Source: Candidatus Saccharimonadota bacterium (GTDB lineage Bacteria > Patescibacteriota > Saccharimonadia > Saccharimonadales > Saccharimonadaceae). From it: a DNA stretch of 62,534 bases. The stretch spans positions 1 to 62,534 of the forward strand of contig JABCOL020000001.1 of the NCBI GenBank assembly GCA_013333625.2, given 5' to 3'. Positions 47,934 to 54,115 of the stretch are shown one piece after another. A program made the position numbers and the translations under genes. Below the pieces are notes generated by a model. The model had not been told where the DNA came from. It worked only from the letters and a program-made list of their open reading frames with translations, and made no database searches. Numbering within the stretch: the first letter of the stretch is position 1; each line of letters opens with the position of its first letter.

Positions 47934-48392
47934 TTATTTCAAATTTAGCCGCCGCAGTTTAGCAGTCAAATACGCCGCAGCTGCTAGCCACACGCCAGCC
48001 AGCGGCAGACTAGCCACCCCCGGCAGCGCCGCTACCGCGCCAAACAAACTAACTTTTCCCTGTCCGCCGCTCATCAGTACAGCCGCGCTAATCGCCAGCC
48101 AAACGCCAGGCGCTAGCAATGTGCACGCACCTGATATTCGCCTCTCCAACTTGCTCAACCGCGGCATAGACAACAAAAATGGCAAAGAAATAAATTCTAG
48201 CAGAACTATAGCAATCGCAGCGATAATGCCGTAGCCAATCCCCAGCGACTCTAGAGTTTTTGGAAATTTCTCGAACCTAAACAATTGCGCCAACATTATA
48301 ATAATAGTCCAGAAACCTACTGCCAGCGCCGCATATTGCGCGCGCTTCTTGAAAATTGTTGGCGGAAAAATACTAGCTATAAACTGTTTCAT
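47934..48392 (-). CDS. Hypothetical membrane protein
   Basis: Four hydrophobic segments; start uncertain (48392 or 48416). Confidence 0.65.
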   Translation of the reverse strand: MKQFIASIFPPTIFKKRAQYAALAVGFWTIIIMLAQLFRFEKFPKTLESLGIGYGIIAAIAIVLLEFISLPFLLSMPRLSKLERRISGACTLLAPGVWLAISAAVLMSGGQGKVSLFGAVAALPGVASLPLAGVWLAAAAYLTAKLRRLNLK

Positions 48393-48481
48393 ATTATTAG
48401 CATAGCATTTTTCCACACGATTTTTTATTTTTTGTCCAAAAAATGCTTGCTATTAAGCACAAAAACGTATATTGTATAAAT

Positions 48482-48585
48482 AGCGAAGTTACAAAAACAA
48501 ACACAAAAATGTATCGATCGCTCTCCGATAAATCCACCACAACAATGAAATACTCCTCTGCCTTGGCGAGGAGTATTTTGTTTCC
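48482..48585 (+). ncRNA. Candidate orphan small RNA
   Basis: TTGCTA 48447-48452, 17 bp, TATTGT 48470-48475; AGCGA/TCGCT stem with A/C-rich loop; terminator 48548-48578. Confidence 0.4.
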
Positions 48586-48633
48586 TAGTTTAGTTGACGC
48601 TAGCTGGGCCTGCCCAGCACTGGCAAAATCGCT

Positions 48634-49290
48634 TTATTCCCCAGCCTTTTTGCTGTGCGCTGCCCGCCATTTAGCGATTTTGCCATGATGTCCGCTAAGT
48701 AGCACTTCTGGCACGCGCAAACCTTGCCATTCCTCGGGCCGGGTGTATTGCGGGTATTCTAGCGTTTCGCCGTCGCTGAAGCTCTCAATCGCTGCGCTGT
48801 TTTCGCCGCCGAGTACGCCAGGGATTAACCGCACAATCGAATCAATAATCGTCATCGCTGGCAATTCGCCGCCAGTTAGCACATAATCGCCAATACTAAG
48901 CTCTTGATCAACCAGCGCCATAATTCGCTCGTCGTAGCCCTCGTAGCGCCCGCAGATTACAATATAACCATCTTCGCTTTCGCTGTATTGCTGCGCCAAC
49001 GCCTGCCGCCAACGCTGGCCGCGCGGTGTCATGATTAAGACTTTAGCGCCAGGGTCAATCTGTTTAGCCTGCTGCACCGCATTCCATAGCGGCTCGACCA
49101 TCAGCAGCATACCATCGCCGCCGCCGTACGGCGTATCGTCGACCGTCCGGCGCGGGCCTAATCCAAACTGACGCAGATCAATCGTCGAGAGCTCAACATA
49201 GCCGTCTTTTTGCGCTTTCCACATCATCGAACTGCCGAACACGCCAGCGAACATTTCTGGGAATAAGGTAATCACCTGAATTTTTCTCAT
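48634..49290 (-). CDS. trmD: tRNA (guanine-N1)-methyltransferase
   Basis: VDDTPYGGGDGM, CGRYEGYDER, SIGDYVLTGGE, YPQYTRP. Confidence 0.97.
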   Translation of the reverse strand: MRKIQVITLFPEMFAGVFGSSMMWKAQKDGYVELSTIDLRQFGLGPRRTVDDTPYGGGDGMLLMVEPLWNAVQQAKQIDPGAKVLIMTPRGQRWRQALAQQYSESEDGYIVICGRYEGYDERIMALVDQELSIGDYVLTGGELPAMTIIDSIVRLIPGVLGGENSAAIESFSDGETLEYPQYTRPEEWQGLRVPEVLLSGHHGKIAKWRAAHSKKAGE

Positions 49291-49344
49291 CTGTTATAGT
49301 GTAGCAAGTCTTGACACGGATGTCTATCTGTGATATATATCAAC

Positions 49345-49393
49345 TTTTGCTCAAGGTAGTCTAGGGCGGAAGTCGCCCTTGCTTTGAGCAAAG
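49345..49393 (+). ncRNA. Structured 5' leader, copy B
   Basis: TTTTGCTCAAGGTA 49345-49358 pairs TGCTTTGAGCAAAG 49380-49393; AGGGCG/CGCCCT with loop GAAGT; 4-nt bulge. Confidence 0.72.
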
Positions 49394-49406
49394 AGAGGAG
49401 ACGGTC

Positions 49407-49577
49407 ATGAAGACCGTTACCGCCGCCGTCGCCCCTGACCCCGAGCCCACCGCTATCGAGCGTGCGCGTTTGCGCGCGCTTGATAACTACATCAAGGCCA
49501 AGCAGAAGGGGCGAATGTTCCGCGCGGCCTTTTGGGCCGGGGCCTTCTCAGGCCTGGGCGGCCTGAGAAGCAACTGA
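49407..49577 (+). CDS. 56-aa basic peptide MKTVTAAVAPDPEPTAIERARLRALDNYIKAKQKGRMFRAAFWAGAFSGLGGLRSN (cassette B cargo; absent from ORF track)
   Basis: Manual translation; GAGGAG 6 nt before ATG; fills the space between the conserved 5' and 3' elements. Confidence 0.78.
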   Translation: MKTVTAAVAPDPEPTAIERARLRALDNYIKAKQKGRMFRAAFWAGAFSGLGGLRSN

Positions 49578-49700
49578 GCCCACCGAAAATAGCTCGCTGA
49601 AAACTACTGTTCAATCCGGTTCGAGACGCACATTCCTGCGTTTCCTGGGTTGAATACCCAGTTTCCAGCTTGAGCACGTTTTCGGCGGGCTATTTTCATG
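49578..49700 (+). ncRNA. Cassette B extended 3' structure
   Basis: GAAAATAGCTCGCTGAAAAC 49585-49604 pairs GTTTTCGGCGGGCTATTTTC 49678-49697; inner helices TTCAATCCGG/CTGGGTTGAA and GAGACGCA/TGCGTTTC; non-Watson-Crick positions in these helices are G.U. Confidence 0.75.
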
Positions 49701-49876
49701 TCTTGCAATAATTTGCTACAATCTAGATTTTATTGCATAATAGTATTTGACTTATATTACGTTATATTTTATCTATATATTTGTGCTTTTACAAAAATAG
49801 TTGTATAGCCTCAATTGACACGTTTGGCTTTTCGTGTAATAAATTATGCCTGGCCTTCTCGAAATTTCGCCCCAAC

Positions 49877-49903
49877 AAAAAAACCGCCTAAAAAGACGGC
49901 TTT
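49877..49903 (-). terminator. Intrinsic terminator of rpsP-khpA
   Basis: Minus strand AGCCGTCT-TTTT-AGGCGGTT followed by a U-tract. Confidence 0.75.
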
Positions 49904-50006
49904 CTTGCACAAATAAGTCTCTCAAACCATTTGTAGGTTTGCTCGCAGTAGAGCTTTTGTACTTTGTTTTCGTTAGTTCAGGGTTCTCGCATGAACTTAC
50001 TTATGA

Positions 50007-50414
50007 TTATATATCAAGGTCGTCTAGTTCTGCAAGCTCTTGGCGCGACTTTTTTGCGAAATCGCTTTCGGTTTCTGCGTTTTCTGGGTCATTTTCCACA
50101 GAATCACTAGTAGTGTTTTCCACATCATTATCCACTACAGCCGAATCGGCGTCCTCGCGCTCGTCATTATTGACGATTTTCAGGTTGTAATGAGCGGTAT
50201 TTTTAGCACCCAACGCCCGCAGCAGCGTGCGCAGGCCTTGCGCGGTCGAGCCGCGGCGGCCAATCACCCGGCCCAAGTCTTCTGGATTGACAGTTAGCGT
50301 CAGCAAAACACCCTTCTCGTCGACAATCCGGTCAACAACCACATCATCTGGATGTCCTACTAGTGATTTTACGATATATTCGACAAATTCCTGGTCAATG
50401 GTCGACATGCCCAC
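50007..50414 (-). CDS. khpA: KH-domain RNA-binding protein with acidic tail
   Basis: VEYIVKSLVGHP, DLGRVIGRRG (GxxG); directly downstream of rpsP. Confidence 0.88.
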   Translation of the reverse strand: MGMSTIDQEFVEYIVKSLVGHPDDVVVDRIVDEKGVLLTLTVNPEDLGRVIGRRGSTAQGLRTLLRALGAKNTAHYNLKIVNNDEREDADSAVVDNDVENTTSDSVENDPENAETESDFAKKSRQELAELDDLDI

Positions 50415-50538
50415 GGTATCTCCTCCTTTGCGGTCACACGGTTACTATCGTACTTTTATTGTAACATGCTTTTGCTATGAAATCGAAAAACGCGCTCCAG
50501 CCATACAGTTAGAGCGCGCTAGTTCGTGATTAAAAGCG

Positions 50539-50901
50539 TTAGGCTTCAGCTGGAGCTTCTGCCTCTTCGGCAGCTGGCTCTTCTTTTGGCTGATTCTTGC
50601 GCAACTTTTCAGCATTCTTGACCGCTTTAGTCTTGCCGCCCTGGAACTCTTTAACCCATTTCGGCAGCTTGACACCAGCTTCTTTTAGCAACTTCGCAAC
50701 GCGCGGCGTCGGTTGAGCGCCGTTATCAAGGTATTTTTGAGCAGCCTCGACATTGATATTAGCGTCTTTGGTGTGCGGGTTGTAGCTGCCGACATAAGCG
50801 ACCACGCGGCCGCTCGATGGATGGCGCTGTGCTTCCTGGACGGCGACGCGGTATACCGGATAAGCCTTGCGGCCCAAACGTTGCAAACGAATTGCGAGCA
50901 T
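50539..50901 (-). CDS. rpsP: 30S ribosomal protein S16
   Basis: MLAIRLQRLGRK...YRVAV...GSYNP...GAQPT. Confidence 0.97.
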   Translation of the reverse strand: MLAIRLQRLGRKAYPVYRVAVQEAQRHPSSGRVVAYVGSYNPHTKDANINVEAAQKYLDNGAQPTPRVAKLLKEAGVKLPKWVKEFQGGKTKAVKNAEKLRKNQPKEEPAAEEAEAPAEA

Positions 50902-51170
50902 AAAATTAAAACTTCCTTTACTTCACGTTAGTACTATTGTTACTTCTGTCATATTCTAGCGTGTTACAGGTAAAATGTCAACAAAGCGCCTAAGCCGCCG
51001 CTTAGACGCCTTTTCGTTCAAGTCTAGCCTATTAACCAATTCAGGCAGAAAACACCGCTAGAGGGCGCAAAAACGGCCAAAACGGCTCAAAAACACTTAA
51101 AATTTGCAATTTTTGCGAAATAATTGCGAAAATCGTTGACATGGTGATTCATATGTGATATATATATATC

Positions 51171-51233
51171 AGCTTTTCGCTCAGAGTTACCGAAAAAGGA
51201 GCGAAAAGTCGCTCTTTTTGCTCTGTGGAAGCT
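51171..51233 (+). ncRNA. Structured 5' leader, copy C
   Basis: AGCTT/AAGCT, CAGAG/CTCTG and AAAAGGAGCGA/TCGCTCTTTTT helices; loop AAAG. Confidence 0.7.
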
Positions 51234-51248
51234 GGAAAGGAGAACGCG

Positions 51249-51497
51249 ATGGATGTCATCGTCGTCTCACTGCCTCTCATAGGAAGGTTCGCCTTTATCC
51301 CCGACAGAGATGTGCAGCTGGCTCTCAGCAACATGTCTGCGGAAGAGAAGCGAGTCGTTCTCGCTAACATGGAGAGACAGACAGCCTCTCTCCTGGCGCT
51401 CCAGTGTGCCGCCATCTTCGCCCCCGACATGTCGATCTCCAAGAGCATCGACTCTGGGTTGTACATCGCCAGTCAGATGGTGAAGATCAACTCCTAG
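51249..51497 (+). CDS. Hypothetical 82-aa protein (cassette C cargo)
   Basis: AAGGAG 6 nt before ATG 51249; codons biased to CTC/ATC/AAG/CAG. Confidence 0.78.
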   Translation: MDVIVVSLPLIGRFAFIPDRDVQLALSNMSAEEKRVVLANMERQTASLLALQCAAIFAPDMSISKSIDSGLYIASQMVKINS

Positions 51498-51500
51498 TGT

Positions 51501-51570
51501 CGAGCCCGCCGAAAATAGCTCGCTAGAGGTTTAAAACCTCAGCGCGGCCCTCTGGCGGGCTATTTTCTTT
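51501..51570 (+). terminator. Cassette C 3' structure, probably also terminating convergent rnc
   Basis: GAAAATAGCTCGCTAGAGG 51511-51529 pairs CCTCTGGCGGGCTATTTTC 51549-51567; alternative inner hairpin GAGGTT/AACCTC. Confidence 0.75.
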
Positions 51571-51576
51571 GGTTTT

Positions 51577-52287
51577 TTATTGCCGCTTTCTATACTCTTC
51601 CAGCGCTGCCCGGGCGGCTTGCTGCTGGGCGGTTTGTTTGCTAGGGCCGATGCCTTTACCCATCAGTTTGTCGCCGACATAAGCGCCGAGCGTGAAGACC
51701 TTGTCGTGGTCTGGGCCGTCTTCGGCGATGACTTTGTAGACTGGCGTAGCGCCGTCGACGCGCTGGCTGATTTCTTGCAGATGGCTTTTGGGGTCGCGCC
51801 AAGAGCCGCTCTCTAAAATCCCGTCAAGCTTACTGATTGTGTGCTTCTCGATAAAGGCCGCCGCGGCATCATAACCGCGCTCCAAATAAATCGAACCGAT
51901 CACTGCTTCGTAAGCATTGGCTAGAATCTGATGGCGCGCCCGCTCGGAACCATGCTTCTCGCCGCGGCTCATCCGCACCAATGGCTCATAACCAAGCTCT
52001 TCGCCAGATTTAGCGTTGCTAGTGGTGTTAACTAGCGCCGCCCGCCAGCTAGTCAGGATTCCTTCCGGCTCGCTATAATGTTTATATAAATAATCCGTCA
52101 CCACCAGCTCTAGCACGGCGTCGCCCAGAAATTCTAAACGCTCATTGTGCTCGCTCACCGATTTTTTGTGCTCGTTGACATAGCTGCGATGCGTCAAAGC
52201 AGTAATCAGAAGCTGAATGTCTTTATATTCAAAACCTAATTTCTGCTTCGCCCAATCTTGGTACGGCCCGGTTGGCATACCGCTCAT
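51577..52287 (-). CDS. rnc: Ribonuclease III
   Basis: ALTHRS, NERLEFLGDAVL, dsRBD DPKSHLQE. Confidence 0.97.
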   Translation of the reverse strand: MSGMPTGPYQDWAKQKLGFEYKDIQLLITALTHRSYVNEHKKSVSEHNERLEFLGDAVLELVVTDYLYKHYSEPEGILTSWRAALVNTTSNAKSGEELGYEPLVRMSRGEKHGSERARHQILANAYEAVIGSIYLERGYDAAAAFIEKHTISKLDGILESGSWRDPKSHLQEISQRVDGATPVYKVIAEDGPDHDKVFTLGAYVGDKLMGKGIGPSKQTAQQQAARAALEEYRKRQ

Positions 52288-52314
52288 CTTTCCTCCTTTT
52301 CGTATTTTGTAAGT

Positions 52315-52824
52315 TTATAAGTTTTCTTGGCGGATCCGCGTTTTAGCTTTCAGCATTAGCTTGGCGATGTCTTCGTATTCGATCAGCTCGAGCGCCTCGT
52401 TGAACGGGAACCATTTGATACCTTTCATCCAATCCTCTTTCTGGATTTCATCGCCGCTGGTACGAATGCGCACCAAATAAATTTGCGTCGTCATCAAAAC
52501 GAGCTTATCGAGGCGGCGATATCGGAAATGAATCTTGCCCAGCCAGCCTAGCATATCGACGTCGTGCAGGCCAGCTTCCTCGCCAATTTCGCGGCGAGCA
52601 GTCTGCACGGCTGTCTCGCCCTCCTCGATATGGCCTTTGGGAATTGTCCAACGGTCTTTGGCATCCTGAATCAGTAAAATCTCGATACCCGACTCGCCGT
52701 GGCGGAAAATCACGCCGCCGCTAGTCGGCTCGCGGACGATTTCTTGGATAGACGCCGAACGCGACTTTGTTAAATATTTGCGTATATGATCAAACTTGCT
52801 TTTGTTGGCCTTCGGCTTTGGCAT
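52315..52824 (-). CDS. NUDIX hydrolase
   Basis: Nudix box GHIEEGETAVQTARREIGEEAG; start at MPKPK. Confidence 0.9.
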   Translation of the reverse strand: MPKPKANKSKFDHIRKYLTKSRSASIQEIVREPTSGGVIFRHGESGIEILLIQDAKDRWTIPKGHIEEGETAVQTARREIGEEAGLHDVDMLGWLGKIHFRYRRLDKLVLMTTQIYLVRIRTSGDEIQKEDWMKGIKWFPFNEALELIEYEDIAKLMLKAKTRIRQENL

Positions 52825-53266
52825 TATCTGACCCTTCCTCGACAAATTTGCGATAAGCAGTACCCAGTACGCCGTTAACAAACTTGCTCGAATTATCAGA
52901 ACCAAACGCTTTGGCTAGCTCAATCGCTTCGTTGATGGCGACGCGCGGCGGCACAGTATCTTGATGGTGCAGTAATTCGTACAGGCCAATCCGCAAGATT
53001 GCCCTGTCGATCCGTGCTATCTGCGTAATCGGCCACTCGGGCGCAATCGGTTGCAGCCGCCGATCAAGCTCCTCCTGCTGGCTAACAACACCGCTAGCCA
53101 GTCCTTCTACGAAAGCGATGTCGTCAATCGCCGAACGGTAACGCTCGACATCGCGCTTCAAGATATCATCTAACGCGGCACTGTTGTCGCCAGACTGCCG
53201 GCGCAATTCCAATTCGTATAGCGCTTGCAGCGCAACAATCCGACCAAGGTGTCTATTCGATGCCAT
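52790..53266 (-). CDS. nusB: Transcription antitermination factor NusB
   Basis: ALQALYE, IDRAILRIG, AINEAIELAKAFG...FVNGVL. Confidence 0.95.
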   Translation of the reverse strand: MASNRHLGRIVALQALYELELRRQSGDNSAALDDILKRDVERYRSAIDDIAFVEGLASGVVSQQEELDRRLQPIAPEWPITQIARIDRAILRIGLYELLHHQDTVPPRVAINEAIELAKAFGSDNSSKFVNGVLGTAYRKFVEEGSDNAKAEGQQKQV

Positions 53267-53312
53267 TCGCGTTTGTTTCCTTTTATTATCTCACCGTTTT
53301 TGTTTGAAACGG

Positions 53313-53459
53313 TTATTTCTGCTTGGTTGATGATTTTTTCTTGCCAATCAACACTTTTACTGGCGAATGGCCATTAACGCGCTTGGCTAACTTCTCGACA
53401 AGATGGCTGCGACGCATGCCGGTCTTGCGAGGACTTGATTGTTTCTTTGGCTGTGCCAT
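53313..53459 (-). CDS. rpmF: 50S ribosomal protein L32, short Cys-free form (48 aa; absent from ORF track)
   Basis: Manual translation MAQPKKQSSPRKTGMRRSHLVEKLAKRV...; AAGGAG RBS; upstream of nusB and rnc. Confidence 0.85.
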   Translation of the reverse strand: MAQPKKQSSPRKTGMRRSHLVEKLAKRVNGHSPVKVLIGKKKSSTKQK

Positions 53460-53561
53460 GAAATGTTCTCCTTCTCGGTTTGTATAAACTTAGTAGTATT
53501 ATACGCTAAAGCGAGGCTTTTCTCAAGTATTTGACATTGTAGTGTTATCGTATTTTAATTA

Positions 53562-53590
53562 TTGACTTTTTATATCGGTTATGCTATAAT
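53562..53590 (+). promoter_or_regulatory. Near-consensus sigma70 promoter, leaderless geometry
   Basis: TTGACT 53562-53567, 17 bp, TG-C-TATAAT ending 53590; ATG 6 nt later. Confidence 0.8.
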
Positions 53591-53596
53591 AGAAGT

Positions 53597-54061
53597 ATGA
53601 GTCATGAACAAAACGTTGGTAAATCCGAGAAATTAATTACTACTGCCGCTGCCATAGGTTTGAGCGCAGCAGCGTTAACAGGCTGCGGCGTCGGCGACTA
53701 CGGAGCCAGTAGTGCCGAAACCTCCAACCCAGCAGCTGTAGCCGAGCAGAAAGCTGTCGAGCTGGTCGACGAATATAGCGAACACCCCGAGAAATTCGAT
53801 GAATCGGCGATTGTCCGCGTAGAGGTTCCAGAAGGTAGTAGCGTTAATGGAGCGGCTACCGCCTATGTTGATCAATACGGACAAGAGCAAGGCTGGACGG
53901 GCCCGCAGCGCGATTTAGGACACGGCATTGTCAATGAGGCTGCCGCCGAAATCAGCGGCGTACCACACCCAGGCGCAGAAGTAATCATGTATCATGTCGA
54001 TCTGAACGGTGACGGCACCGTCGATGTTACGCCCGTTGGCGTCGAAAATCCAACAAAGTAA
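53597..54061 (+). CDS. Putative lipoprotein, acidic, with DxNxDG motif
   Basis: Ala-rich h-region, lipobox LTGC; DLNGDGTVD near C-terminus. Confidence 0.7.
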   Translation: MSHEQNVGKSEKLITTAAAIGLSAAALTGCGVGDYGASSAETSNPAAVAEQKAVELVDEYSEHPEKFDESAIVRVEVPEGSSVNGAATAYVDQYGQEQGWTGPQRDLGHGIVNEAAAEISGVPHPGAEVIMYHVDLNGDGTVDVTPVGVENPTK

Positions 54062-54115
54062 TAGCATATAGGTTCAGAAACGCTACTTGCCATTTGTAAG
54101 CTTGCAAGGACGGAA

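Larger units (their letters stand above)
49311..49700 (+). repeat. Cassette copy B
   Basis: TTGACA 49311-49316, TGATATATA 49331-49339, leader hairpin 49345-49393, GAGGAG SD, 56-aa ORF, 3' structure 49585-49697. Confidence 0.85.
51078..51570 (+). repeat. Cassette copy C
   Basis: About 100 bp upstream closely resembles copy A; TTGACA 51136-51141, TGATATATA 51156-51164; leader 51171-51233; GGAAAGGAG SD; 3' structure 51511-51567. Confidence 0.87.

Noticed and set aside
48443..48688. 81-aa plus-strand ORF
   Set aside because: TTG-type start without RBS, crosses a terminator and overlaps trmD antisense.
49345..49393. Leader hairpin as a known riboswitch, T-box or attenuator
   Set aside because: No aptamer core or T-box motif that I recognise and no U-tract; an Rfam search is still needed.
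49913..50004. Hammerhead ribozyme
   Set aside because: CTGA and GAAA occur but the CUGANGA core and stem layout do not fit.
49846..50190. 114-aa plus-strand ORF after a TTGACA box
   Set aside because: Crosses a terminator and lies antisense to khpA with no protein-like features; antisense transcription is not excluded.
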